A stretch of 63,587 nt of DNA, counting the filler, from Octopus bimaculoides (lineage: Eukaryota), in assembly GCF_001194135.2 (NCBI RefSeq). It is 6 parts of 4 records of this genome, joined end to end, with 100 filler letters (N's around TTAATTAATTAA, not from the genome) between each part and the next. Parts side by side here need not be neighbours in the genome. Positions count along the whole stretch, not along the records: positions 44,449 to 56,251 come from NC_068983.1; positions 56,352 to 61,603 come from NC_068996.1; positions 61,704 to 63,587 come from NC_068983.1; 3 more parts are not named here. One strand, given 5' to 3'. Both the position numbers and the translations under genes were made by a program. Each line of letters begins with the position of its first letter. Position 1 is the first letter of the stretch. The notes below the pieces were generated by a model. That model did not search any database. It saw only the letters and a list, made by a program, of their open reading frames with translations, and was not told the DNA's origin. Positions 50,721 through 63,133 of this stretch are shown in pieces.

Positions 50721-52178
50721 TACTGAACTACAAAAAAAAAAAAAAGACCTTGCACTGTAAAAGATTATTTGTTTTACACACGATATTAAGATTATATGGA
50801 TTTTATTACATTTTTAGGTAATCTGATATCAGGAATTTGTACCTGTCCCAGAACAGCACTCTTTTTGAAAACAAAAGTACTGCATGTAACATTCGAACTC
50901 GCTCACCTTTCGTGAATATGGTAATGCTCGCGAACGCATCTTTATGAAAAGTATGATAGGCGTGCAAACCGTTGATTCTTTCGGTATAAAAAGCATCCCA
51001 ATACTGACACGGAATCAGAGGGAGCAAGTCATCGGATGTCTCCATGCTAGTCGACGTCCATGGGTCATTGCTAATGCCCCGAACTTCAGTATTCGGACGA
51101 ATGAGCGACCGAGGGAACGATGCAATGTCACAAACAGCACAAATGATCATCCACGCAGTGGCTGACCGGGGATTACAACGGCACGTCAAGATCCCCACCT
51201 GCACCGACTGCACTTGCAGGACCAATCAGCTAGGCAGACTATAGAGACTCACCACAGACTCATTTGTGCAGCGGCAGTTCACCGCTGGCTGAGATCTTTG
51301 AATCTGTCTTACTGATATCCGGCTTGGGGCCCCATCCTCACAGGTCGTCATCGACGGGAACGTCCGCAGAGGACTCAAAACTGGCGACATCAGCAATGGA
51401 GGACAGTAGTCGTCTCTGACGAAAATTGAGATTATATTTCTATGAGAGAAGGCAGGGCTAGGATTTGGAGAAGAAGGGGTGAACGGCATGTCGATGGCTG
51501 TGTGGTGAAGAGAAACTAATAGGCGGAGGGGCAGATCATCATGGTATGGGACGAGATTGCACTCAACTAGAAACTTGGACCGGTGGTCTTCCAAAACATC
51601 GGCCAAGCCTGGGGCAGTGGAATAACCGCTGTTCGCTACATGAACCAAGCGTTGCCTCACATTGGGTTATATTTTACCAGTCATCGAAATCATGCATCCT
51701 AACATGACAACGCTCGTGCCTATACTGCCAGGTTGACAACAGGCTTCCTCCAACAAAACAACATCCAGACACTGACATGGTCTGCCTTAAGTCCGGACTT
51801 GTACCCCATAGAGCACCTGTGGGACGAACTCCAAAGAAGGCTAAATGACATCTGTCTAAGGCCGACAACTGCGGCATAACTCGCTGCAAGTTTTAACAGA
51901 GTGTGGTCTGCTATCCTCATGGCCTTCATTAATCGTTTGGTGCATTCAATGTACAGAAGATGCTTCGCAGCAATCAACGCTAACGGTGGTTACACGAGAT
52001 ATTGAGTTCATCTCTTCGGATCCAGCACACTCCATCATCACGTGATACCATGTGACCTGAAACGTTCCAGGAAATGACGTTGTATCATTAGGAAAGAACG
52101 GTTTCTTAATTTACACTCTTCTGTTAATAAACCCGCTTCTATTTAGTATGTGTGCGACGTTTCTTTTGTAGTTCAGTT
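50721..52178 (+). mobile_element. Full-length degenerate Tc1-family transposon
   Basis: TIRs CTGAACTACAAAA..TTGCAC (from 50723) and GTGCGACGTTTCTTTTGTAGTTCAG (to 52176) enclosing a transposase pseudogene. Confidence 0.85.
50995..52005 (+). pseudogene. Tc1 DD34E transposase pseudogene
   Basis: LTRNQREQVIG, DHPRSG, VSDE, HDNARA, SPDLYPIEHLWD, NANGGYTRY*; 34 residues between D and E; several stops and frameshifts. Confidence 0.93.
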
Positions 52179-52289
52179 TTCTATAAATATGAAGATAAAT
52201 TATATATGTAGGTCACAGAATCTTTGGAAGAATGTATAAGTTTGTATGTGTGGCATTATTTTATTAAATGGAGTATCGAAGTTTTTTTT

Positions 52290-52430
52290 CAGACTCTCTA
52301 CATTCTGAGTTCGAATTCCACCGAGGTTGACGTTAAATTTCATCTTTTTGTGGTCGATAAAATACAACATGCCAAGTACGGGGTTGATGTAATCAAATAA
52401 TCCCTTTTAACCTAAAACTGTTGGTCAAGT
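52290..52430 (+). mobile_element. Diverged SINE family A fragment
   Basis: CTGAGTTCGAATTCCACCGAGGTTGAC..TTTCATCTTTTTGTGGTCGATAAA. Confidence 0.65.
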
Positions 52431-54555
52431 TCAAAATTCAAAACCCGCCATCTTCATTATAAGGCACGAGCTAGTAAATTCCTTAACGAGCCGAACAAAG
52501 TGCATAGCACCATTTCGTATCATTTGCGCAATGGAGGAAACATATTCGACTTATCACACCCTCATAAACAACTGGCATTGTACACAGATTCGAAACCCTT
52601 GTGTTACTGGGTGTGATTGTGTAAAGTGTAGGTTTGTTAAGTTTCGTTACGTTATTGTGTTAACAGCGTACAAGATAACTTTTTATACTTTAGTAAATTA
52701 TTGACCGATTATTGTAAAGAGTACCGATTGTGTGTATTGTGATATTCAACCGAGGTAGACACAGCCTGGTTGTCTTCCCTTTTTAGTCCGTGTGCAGAGT
52801 TGTTACCGCCAGTAATTATTAATATTGTATTGACCAGCGTCGGAGCTTCAAGAGTGATAGTTTGTAGCAATGTAGACCCGTGAACAATATGGTGATTGAG
52901 GTTATTTTCATGAACACGAATACATTGGAAAACCGAATTAGCATGATTAAGGAAGAGATAGAGAACAAAAAGGACTGAATACTTAAGTTTAGGCTTTGCA
53001 ATACTAATTCGAGGTTTCTGCGTATATAACGGTAGACTGGTTAAATGCTTGGAACCATTGGTACTACTGTTGCTGCAACCACTTTTATCAGGCTACTACC
53101 AATTAAACCTGAAGTATAACAAACTTGAATTCAAACTCTAAATTCTCTTTTAATGCCAGCGACACAGATGTAAGACGAAGTAGGATATCGAGAAAGGAAG
53201 CGATTACTGTTTGTGCTAGTGAAATCCTATAAGTGTCAATTACAACTAAATGATTGTGATGAAATGGGGAGATTTAGATCTAGGCTGAAAGAAATTTGTG
53301 AAATATCAGAAACGTATTTCTTAAACAAAGGAAGTGCACCATTGAGAGAGACCTCAGTGAGTATAAACCGCTTAAAAATGTTCCAGTTACGTGTAACTTA
53401 CATTTACGGTATACCGAAATAATAACTATGTCTTACTTCAATTGTTGATGAATATAAGAAAAGGAAAAGAAAAACACTTTTACTATTGAATAGAATATGA
53501 TATACCAATAACGAAGAAACGCTAAGTGATGTCGCTTTTCAAAATTATGCCAGCAGTCCCTTTACTGACCAGTGTGACTCAAAGTGACTAAGTGCTAAGT
53601 AAGCTATCATTTAATCCAGAAAATGCACTTAGGCAAATTGGGAGTCACCAGTGTGTAGAAGAGGACTGTAAGTAACACTTGTACCGCAAATATACCGCTT
53701 AGTGCGAGCAGTTTGAAAAAAAAAAACAGATTGCCAATGTCTCTATCAAGGAATATTTAACTTGTTTGAAATACCACATTATTTGTGCCTACACCCATGT
53801 TGCTTATACGTAAGTTTCAATGTTCTATGTAAAACTCGACATCTTACCTCCGCTTTTGTTATTACAGGTGCGAAATATACGTAGGGTCATGTGCCGCTAA
53901 TAAAGAAATAATCGTTATTTAACAAGTTTATAATTGTTTTTTTTTTTTACTCTCACGTTTAAACAAGTTGCTTGAACAGAGTAAGTGTATCTAATAATTA
54001 TACACAGATATAAATGTGAATGTTTGTGTATGTATGTTTCTCTCCCTCTCTCTTTTTCTTTCTTTCTTTTTGTGCATAGGTAATGGAGCTGCATAATTGA
54101 TCCAATGACCTATATTCTTGCCAAAATACTTGACAAGATCATTGTCACGAAAATTTATACATTTGAGGCACTTATGTAGCTTCATGGCTACTAAATAATA
54201 CATTCATACATATATATTATATTATACTATATTCACACGCTCCACACGCCTACACACATACACACATACATATATTTATAATCTAGTGTGGCTGTGTGAA
54301 TAGATATATGACAATATATAATTTTCATCAAGACTGAATATATGTAGATATACAGACCTAGATTGACAGTCAAGAATATTGATAACCTAGTGGGAATCTG
54401 ATCAGTATCTCGTCTGTTCACATCTCTATCTAATTACAATAAAGTTTAATAAGCAGGACTGCAAATGTATACAAACATTAAGGTGTGGTTGTAGAAAATG
54501 TATTCGCTGGTACATACTGGAACACACACATGTATGTATGTATGTATGTATGTAC

Positions 54556-54591
<36 letters not shown>

Positions 54592-55919
54592 GTGTGTCAG
54601 TGTGTGTGTGTATGTGTGTGTATGCGCGTGTCATTTAATGTACACTGCATTGAAATACGAGCTGCATATAGCTTCTTGCCATTAAGACATGTTGTTGTGT
54701 CTCCAAACAATTTTCGGACTTTGGGCACATAGTTCATTGCATTTGAAAATTGGGACGCTGCTACATAAGAGACCACAAGAAAAAAATGAGAAAAACGTTG
54801 ATGCAAAAAACAGTATAAGGAAACAAATTTTGAGTAAAAACGGCTACAAAATATAAAAATTCTCTTACTACCCCTTGGCCGTAGAAGTCATATATAAACT
54901 ACTTGTTGAATAATTCAACGGAGAGGGATCTAATGTCTGCGATACAGATTGTTTCTCGATAGAGAGTGGTGTTCTCCAGGCCACCAAAAGAAATTTGTCC
55001 ATATGCTTGCATTTACTGAAAGTCAAATCTGGAATTCAGTTGTTTGGCGGAATTCTTGCCTCTAAGAAGAATGTATGATCTTTCAGCTTCGCACAAGTTT
55101 CACTTATAAAATCCATTTTCAATATGGCATATATTTCTCAACGATTCCCGAATTGATTATGTTTTGAGCAGTCCCAAACGTAGCTAGTCAGCTTAATGAC
55201 TTTACTATTGATGTGTCAAAAAGAAGACTGTATAAGTTCTTTTCAACTTGCCTCCGTAAAGCCTGTGTAATTTTTCTCTCCAGTTACATATATTATCTTC
55301 AAGCGTTGCTGAGACCTCTGCCCTGAAGCCTACGAGTGATAACGTTCTTTCTTATATTGCAGAAGTAACTGTATGACATCTTTATTGAGCTTTTATTTTC
55401 CTGTATTTATGGTTACTCGGAAATGCTTATCTAAAAGAGTCAAGCATTACTTGCCCACGTGAGTTTTAACATTCTGGGAGAATGCGAGGGACACATTATT
55501 TTTCTAGGTCCGTTGTTAGGTCTGCGTTGAGGGTTTATATTTTTGATTGAAAAGCTGTAATATATCTTATCTTCCGGGCATTATTATGGTAGCGGAAATT
55601 GGCGTTAAGCATATATTTCCTTTTAAGAGGAGACATCTGATATCCTATTTCTGATGTTAGCCATCAGGCTTTTAGCTATCCTGGAGATAGGACTGTTTAC
55701 GTATATAGGAAAGTTTCACATTTGGTTTATGTACAGATTTACAAGAGCAGGGGATGAAGTCTGGGGAAGCGTCTAAAAGAATCGACACAGATAAGTGGTA
55801 ACTGATTTACAGGCCTAATTGACTTTTAGCGGTATTTCGAAACCGAATCGCTATGTATGTAGTGAGACATCTCCAGACAACAAGGTTATCACTTCAACAG
55901 TATCCGTTAGTGTGAATCC

Positions 55920-56225
55920 TGCATCTGAGCGGTGTTTTTTTTTTCACAGTGGAGGCACGGATGAACGAGACGTCAAGTGATATCTCTTGATACCCAGGTG
56001 GTTTAAAAATTCACAAACACCCGTACCTTCAGCGTACGTTACGTTTTCTAGGAGATTCAGCGTGACGCTGAATTTCACAAGTCTACTCATTTGGAATACT
56101 GATAGGATTCTGAATGGATACTTCAATACACTAGAGCAACGTAAAATGGACGGTCTTGCTCAAGAACACAACGCGCCGCCCGGAAACGAACTCTCGACTT
56201 TACTCTAATCACTATGCCGCGTGCA
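55920..56225 (-). mobile_element. Diverged SINE C/D-like copy
   Basis: GTACCTTCAGCGTACG..GATTCAGCGTGAC and CTTGCTCAAGAACACAACG blocks. Confidence 0.55.
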
Positions 56226-56731
56226 TTAAGATATATATATATATATATATANNNNNNNNNNNNNNNNNNNNNNNNNNNNNNNNNNNNNNNNNNNNTTAAT
56301 TAATTAANNNNNNNNNNNNNNNNNNNNNNNNNNNNNNNNNNNNNNNNNNNNAACTTTTTTGTTACCACCTCAGTAGTAAGATCAGGCTGGAGAAGAGGTA
56401 TCTGTCACGAGACAGATTCATGAGAAGATGGAAGCCTGTGGCGAGGAAGCTGGGAGTGTTTGGCACCAGGTAAGTGGAAGCCAAAAACAAGGGAAAGAAA
56501 AGGCAAGGGGTCTACCCTGGTGGTCGGATGCCTATTCTTCAGGAAAGCCATTACAAATTGCATCTGTAATGAGCAATGCTTTAATCAAACATTGTAAATA
56601 TAATCAAATTATTATTATGTATTTAAATTTGTAAATATTTAATCGATACAGCTACTTCACCCCTTTTATGTTTGTCTGTCCTTGTTCGTCCCCTCTTTGT
56701 AATGCCTTTATGGAAAATATTCATGAAATAA

Positions 56732-56933
56732 AGAAGCTTGCTTCCCAACCACATGGTTTCAGGTTCAGCCTTGAGCTGAACAAAGCCACATATCTTAGAC
56801 AGAAACTAAAAGAAGCCCGTCATATATATATAGGCTCAAAACGTAAAAGACTTTCTCACTTCCCAAGCATTAAACTAATACACCTGTTTGTTGTTTACAC
56901 ACCTGTCTTTGTCTTTTGTTTTTTTGTAAATTC

Positions 56934-56973
<40 letters not shown>

Positions 56974-57130
56974 CATATATATCTATGTGTGTGTGTGTCT
57001 TTGTGTCTGTGTTTGTCCCCCTATCACCTCTAACAACCGATGTTGGTGTGTTTAAGTCCTGGGGTCAACCCTCCAAGGCGGTACTCCAGCATGGCCACAG
57101 TCGAATGACTGAAATAAGTGAAAGAATAAA
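56732..57130 (+). mobile_element. SINE family B with nested ~190-bp-family fragment in its internal (TA)n
   Basis: Head to GAAGCCCGTC, insert 56831-56937, (TA)/(TG)n, tail CCAGCATGGCCACAGTCGAATGACTGAAA. Confidence 0.8.
56831..56937 (+). mobile_element. Truncated copy 4 of the ~190-bp TA-associated repeat
   Basis: TAGGCTCAAAACGTAAAAGACTTTCTCAC..AAATTCTCAC flanked by (TA)n. Confidence 0.8.
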
Positions 57131-57782
57131 AGAAAGAAAGAATTATGTTGAATGCCTCTTTTATTTGTCCATTCACTCACATATACAAGGTGCAGTGAAT
57201 AAATTGTCATCTAAATTACACAAAAATGAAACTAACATTGACATCTCATTTTAACAGATGACTCAGAAAGATGTATATTAATTGATTCTCTTGTGATGTT
57301 GAGTTGCAAAGAGATGACCTATAAAATGCCAAGGAAGACAAGAATTCTTGGAGAGAAAGAGTGGTCTTGGTCTAGGAAATCCACCTGTAAGACAATGAAA
57401 ACAGGTTTGTATTTGACTATAGTAGAGCTTTCATGATTATTCTTCCCATATTTTCTGGATTTCTACATGAAACTACAGAACTGTCAACAGATAATGCATT
57501 TTCTGTTTGGTTTTATTATTTAATGTACTGTTTGTTGTGAGTTGTCAGGGCTCCTTGTTGTTGCTGTGTCATAGTCAACTGACATGTGAACTACACACAT
57601 TTATGTCAGTTTCTTTTGAAGAATGAGATTTGAAGATCTTGAAATGTCAGATTAATGGATTTAGGAAAGTTGGTGTTCCAAATTAAACATTAAGAAGAAA
57701 TTTGAAATAATAAGAAATCGTTAATAAAAAAGACCAAACACAAACATTGTACTTTTTATATATTGTCATATCTGTGGATTTA

Positions 57783-57935
57783 GCTGCATGGTGAAGAAGC
57801 TTGCTTTCCAACCACATGGTTCTGGGTTCAGTCCCACTGTGTGGCACCTTGGGTAAGTTTCTTCTGCTATAGCCTCGGGCCGACCAAAACCTTGCATGTG
57901 GTTTGGTAGATGGAAACTGAAAGTAGCCCTTTGTA
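57783..57935 (+). mobile_element. SINE family B head
   Basis: AGCTTGCTTTCCAACCACATGG..GGAAACTGAAAGTAGCCC. Confidence 0.85.
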
Positions 57936-58627
57936 TATATCATGTGGTGACTGTCTAATTGAGACATGGTTGTTCTTTTCTGTCTGTGTATTTACCTCCT
58001 CCTCTATATTTTCCTTAGAAGAGCATATGCTCAAAGTGATAAAGACTTCTTCCAATTCTCCTGAGCATCAACCAAATACACCTTGTTTGTTTCTTTGTTT
58101 TTTGTTTACCTTGTCTTCACTTATTTTTGTACTATTTTTCTTTTCTTTATTTTTATTTTTGTACTATGTGTGTGAGTATGTAAGAAGAATTCTGTAAGGA
58201 CCAATTTCCAAATGTCATTAACCAATGCTAACCTAGGTAGCCAGAAAGAACTGTTTTACTATGGCAGAACATTCAACATTCTCTGGAACAATTTCTTGCA
58301 ATGCCTTTTCTTCTTTTGTAGGGTGGAATCAAAGCATCAATCAACATCGATGTGGAATAATGCAACAGACAATTATGTCTCATCTGATGATTACAGTTTT
58401 TTGTAATGGAATAATGTTCTCCTTTTTCTATTAAAAAGACACATAGGAAACAATTGTAATGAGCTGACAATTATCCATCACATGTTATTATTCATTTGAA
58501 TAATACACCAAGAGGATTTACGACTTGTCAGACACCCTAGAATATACCAACAACATACTATTCAAAGTAAAACATCATTTGGACCAGCCCCTTGGCACTA
58601 AATACTCACAGGGTTGGTTTTCTCTGT

Positions 58628-58686
<59 letters not shown>

Positions 58687-58827
58687 GAAAGAGACAAACA
58701 GACAGACAGACAGACAGATAGTTAGTTAGATATATAGATAGATAGATAGATAGATTGACAGATAAAAAGACAGGTAGACAGATAACTGAATTGATATAGA
58801 TACTTGCCCAAAAATCATAATGCCTTG

Positions 58828-58881
58828 ACAAACTGATAGTTTCAGACAAACTGATAGTTTCAGACAAACTGATAGTTTCAG
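58828..58881. repeat. 18-bp tandem repeat x3 (ACAAACTGATAGTTTCAG)
   Basis: Three exact units. Confidence 0.95.
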
Positions 58882-58931
58882 TTTCATTTAAATAAATTAT
58901 ACACACACACACATACACATATGTGTATGTA

Positions 58932-59238
58932 TGTTGTTGGCACTCCGTCGCTTACGACGTCGAGGGTTCCAGTTGATCTGATCAACGGAACAGCCTGCTC
59001 GTGAAATTAACGTGCAAGTGGCTGAGCACTCCACAGACATGTGTACCCTTAACGTAGTTCTTGGGGATATTCAGCGTGACATAGAGTGTGACAAGGCTGA
59101 CCCTTTGAATTACAGGCACAACAGAAACAGGAAGTAAGAGAAAGTTGTGGTGAAAGAGTACAGCAGGGTTCGCCACCATCCCCTGCCGGAGCCTCGTGGA
59201 GCTTTAGGTGTTTTCGCACAATAAACACTCACAACGCC
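58932..59238 (-). mobile_element. SINE family C body, CpG-rich, truncated by a gap
   Basis: Shares GTTGTGGTGAAAGA..CAATAAACACTCACAAC with 28994-29168. Confidence 0.85.
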
Positions 59239-59637
59239 NNNNNNNNNNNNNNNNNNNNNNNNNNNNNNNNNNNNNNNNNNNNNNNNNNNNNNNNNNNNNN
59301 NNNNNNNNNNNNNNNNNNNNNNNNNNNNNNNNNNNNNNNNNNNNNNNNNNNNNNNNNNNNNNNNNNNNNNNNNNNNNNNNNNNNNNNNNNNNNNNNNNNN
59401 NNNNNNNNNNNNNNNNNNNNNNNNNNNNNNNNNNNNNNNNNNNNNNNNNNNNNNNNNNNNNNNNNNNNNNNNNNNNNNNNNNNNNNNNNNNNNNNNNNNN
59501 NNNNNNNNNNNNNNNNNNNNNNNNNNNNNNNNNNNNNNNNNNNNNNNNNNNNNNNNNNNNNNNNNNNNNNNNNNNNNNNNNNNNNNNNNNNNNNNNNNNN
59601 NNNNNNNNNNNNNNNNNNNNNNNNNNNNNNNNNNNNN

Positions 59638-59686
<49 letters not shown>

Positions 59687-59689
59687 TTG

Positions 59690-59897
59690 TGTGTCTGTGT
59701 TTGTTCCCCCAACATCGCTTGACAACCGATGGTGGTGTGTTTACGGCCCCGTAACTTAGTGGTTTGACAAAAGTGACTGATAGAATAAGTTCTAGGCTTA
59801 CAAAGAATAAGTCCTGGGGTTGATTTGCACGACTAAAGGCAGTGCTCCAGCATGGCCACAGTCAAATGACTGAAACAAGTAAAAGAGTAAAAGAGTA
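59690..59897 (+). mobile_element. SINE family B 3' half
   Basis: CGCTTGACAACCGATGG..CCAGCATGGCCACAGTCAAATGACTGAAACAAGTAAAAGAGTAAAAGAG. Confidence 0.9.
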
Positions 59898-60021
59898 TAA
59901 TTTGTACTCTTCTAGCAGCATTAAGAGTATTTTAACTCTTATTATAGCAATGTAGGTAGTTGGATATCCTTAGTCACACATAGTGATGATATATATATAT
60001 AAATATATATGTATATATATA

Positions 60022-60614
60022 TATCATCATCATCGCCATCGTTTAATGTCTGCTTTCCATGCTGGCATGGTTTGGATGGTTTGACTGAGGATTGGCAACC
60101 CAGAAGGTTGTACCTGGTTCCAATCTGATCTGGCAAGGTTTCTACAGCTGGATGCCCTCCCTAATGCCAACCACTCTCAGAGTGTAGTGGGCGCTTTTTA
60201 CATGTCACTGGCATGAGGGCCAATCAGGCAGTACTGGCATCAACCAAGTTTGAATGGTTCTTTTTTACACTGGCATGGGAACCAGTCAGGCGGTACTGGA
60301 AACAACCATGCTCGAATGGTGCTTTTTACGTGCTACCGGCATGGGACCAGCCAGGTGGCACTAGCATCAGCCACATTTGAATGGTGCTTTTTACATGCCA
60401 CTGGCATGGGTACCAGTCAGGCGGTACCGGCATTGACCACGACAATGATTTCACTTGATTCGACAGGTCTTTGCAAGCAAATTTTATTACCCAATGATCG
60501 AAGAGTACTCTTAAATGGGTTAGTTATGATGGCTGCAATCTCACTTTACTTGCTGGGTCTTCTTAATCACAGCATATCTCCAAAGGTCTTGGTCACCTGT
60601 CATTGCCTCTGTGA
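60022..60614 (-). mobile_element. RTE-tailed non-autonomous element with internal ~63-bp tandem array
   Basis: (GAT)n tail, TTTCCATGCTGGCATGG and CTGGATGCCCTCCCTAATGCCAACC RTE-like 3' blocks; four diverged units at about 60192-60440. Confidence 0.7.
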
Positions 60615-61053
60615 NNNNNNNNNNTGACTGTGAGTCCGCTGCCCTAACCACTGGGCCATTGCACCTCCACATATGTATGTATATATATATATAAACAGCC
60701 AAGCACAATGTGATATCATAAAGGAAAAAATTCAATCATCACTAAGTGTGACTAAGGGTGCTGAAGCACCTACATTGCTAGAAATAAGAGTTAAAATACT
60801 CTTATTGCTGTAAGAAAAGTGCAGATATTTATACATATGCTGATAGGGGAGGTAACCACCCCATTACTGTGTCAAGGATCAACCAGACTAGGCCTTGCTT
60901 ACGAACCACATGGTTCCAGGTTCATTCCCACTGTGTGGCATCTTGGGCAAGTGNNNNNNNNNNNNNNNNNNNNNNNNNNNNNNNNNNNNNNNNNNNNNNN
61001 NNNNNNNNNNNNNNNNNNNNNNNNNNNNNNNNNNNNNNNNNNNNNNNNNNNNN

Positions 61054-61589
61054 CAGCTCATCCAGTCGGTAGCGGTCTACTAGATTAAAGCTCTCTAGTA
61101 GACTCTTGAGGTAAGGATTCCCTTTCCTATCGGTGGAGCCTACACTATCGATGCGCACATCGAGAATAGTGTTGAAGTCCCCCAGCAAAACTATGGTTTT
61201 AGACGTCATTAAAAGTACTCCAGGTTCCGAAAAAAACCCGACTGCCCCTGTCCGTTAGGAGCATAGGCAGCCACCAACCTGAAGGACTGCTTACTTTCGT
61301 GTGTCACATCTAGGACGACCAGCTTACCTTCTGGGTCCAGAAAGACAGTATGTGTCTGTAACTCCAAGTTTTTCTTGATAAGGACTGCCACGCCTGCACC
61401 TCCCCTCCGGCTCGGAGAAATAAATTTCTCGTAACCATTGAGGAGGGGCGAGAACGCTTCAGGTCCCTTCATCTTGGACTCGGTGATCACAGCCACATCT
61501 ATTCTATGTGAAATGAGGTCGTCCAGAAAACAAGCCTGTTTCCATTTCGACCTCATTCCACGCACATTTAAACTACCCAACTTAATCAT
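61054..61589 (-). pseudogene. Tx1/L1-clade LINE ORF2 N-terminal AP endonuclease, one frameshift, truncated by gaps
   Basis: GSLNVRG, AVITES, GVAVLI, AAYAPN, LLGDFNTILD, LVDRYR motifs; frame change at 61209. Confidence 0.92.
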
Positions 61590-61762
61590 CGGGAAAAATA
61601 AAGNNNNNNNNNNNNNNNNNNNNNNNNNNNNNNNNNNNNNNNNNNNNTTAATTAATTAANNNNNNNNNNNNNNNNNNNNNNNNNNNNNNNNNNNNNNNNN
61701 NNNAAAAAAGGAAAGAAACAAAGAAAAAGAATGCAAGTGGGTCTAAAATGCAGAATATAAAC

Positions 61763-61904
61763 CAGTGTTATTCAAACTGTGGGTCCCGTCCCTCCAGTGG
61801 GTCCCGTCCCTCCAGTGGGTCCCGTCCCTCCAGTGGGTCCCGTCCCTCCAGTGGGTCGCGAGATAAAAAAAAAGGGTCGTGACAAAGAAGTTTGAAAAAC
61901 GCTG
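61763..61904. mobile_element. hAT-Charlie-like MITE with internal 18-bp tandem x4
   Basis: TIRs CAGTGTTATTCAAACT / AGTTTGAAAAACGCTG; unit GTGGGTCCCGTCCCTCCA at 61779-61850. Confidence 0.8.
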
Positions 61905-61959
61905 GACTAGACTATCGGATGTTGTTATGCATCGCTAGTTACAATGCGCTTTGCTTTGT

Positions 61960-62160
61960 TTTAACTTTCAAATGACGTCACCCCGCTGGTTAGGCAAGCA
62001 GGCTAACGTTACCCCTGATTTGAAGGCTATTCCATTACACGGTCACCCATTTACAGGTAAGCGGAGTGGAGCAACGTGAAATGAAGTGTTTTACTCAAGA
62101 ACGACACAACGCGCCACGCGGTCCACCGAGAATCGAACCCTTGACCTGGCGATGGTGAGG
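61960..62160 (-). mobile_element. Diverged SINE family D
   Basis: GGAGCAACGTGAAATGAAGTGTTTTACTCAAG..GAGAATCGAACCC. Confidence 0.65.
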
Positions 62161-62249
62161 TTGTTTATGAATATGAAATCCTTGACAAGAGCATTGTACA
62201 CGAATAGAGGAAGAATTTTAAAGAAAGGAAATAAGAATTGTAGGCAAAT

Positions 62250-62565
62250 GAAGCAGGCCATCAAAAACGAGTGGACGCACTGATTCGCGCAGACAGGCGA
62301 ATAACAATCGGTGCGCTAAATTTCCACAACTGAACTGACTGTGGACTGCTGTCACTACACATTACAGAAGACAGGGAAAATTTGGGTATCGGGAAGTGTC
62401 CGCAAAGTGGGTACTTCGGCAATTGACACCCAGTTGAAGTGTGGAAGTCTACTGGAAGAGTTTGAGGCCAATGAACACACGTTTTATTTCCGATCCGGTG
62501 ACAAGGGATGAAACGTAGGATATTTTTCTTATCCAGAATAGAAGGTTCAGTCTTTGGCATGGCAT
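62250..62565 (+). pseudogene. Mariner transposase fragment
   Basis: RVDALIRADRRIT, REVSAKWVLRQLT and VTRDET match the mariner WVPxxLT and TGDETW regions. Confidence 0.85.
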
Positions 62566-63133
62566 TATATCTCTTCTTTATTTTTAAGTTATCTCACCCC
62601 CATTAAAAAATTGCCATTAAAAACTTGCGTTATCTCCCTACTAAAAAATCGAGTTTATGTGGCGACAAGAGATTGGATTAAAAGAGTTAGATCCTTTTGA
62701 TTCAATACTTCAACACGTTGTTGACGTTTGGCCTCCTCAATAGAAATGCTATGATTTGTTATAAAAATGTTATTAGATTCAATAGGATGTTTAATGTTTC
62801 CATGTTTATTAATTTTTCATTGTTTCTTTGTTTTATTGAGGGTTAAACAATTATTTTAGTTGGTGGAACCATGTGGTTTGTAGGCAAGCTACTTACCACA
62901 CAGCCACTCTTACACCTATATTTATATATATAATTCTTTTACAAGAATAGTATGGTAATGACTTCAAAGCTTCGGCCTGCTTTGCGTTCCTCGGATAGTG
63001 CAATGAAAATTAAACGAATCAAAACTTCGAAGTCACTGCCAACACAGATTTTGTAAAAGAATAATAGTGTACTTCACAAAAAGTATTGAGTAATCCTTTA
63101 GTTTAATGTAAAATTGATTTTATTATTACTCGA

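Noticed and set aside
53620-53930. Cluster of GTAAG donors and a TTTTGTTATTACAG acceptor suggesting tiny introns
   Set aside because: Implied introns are about 58-61 nt, one acceptor is purine-rich and the spliced peptides are unrecognisable.
60192-60440. Regularly spaced repeats as a possible CRISPR array
   Set aside because: Units are diverged tandem copies with no unique spacers, no cas genes and a eukaryotic context.
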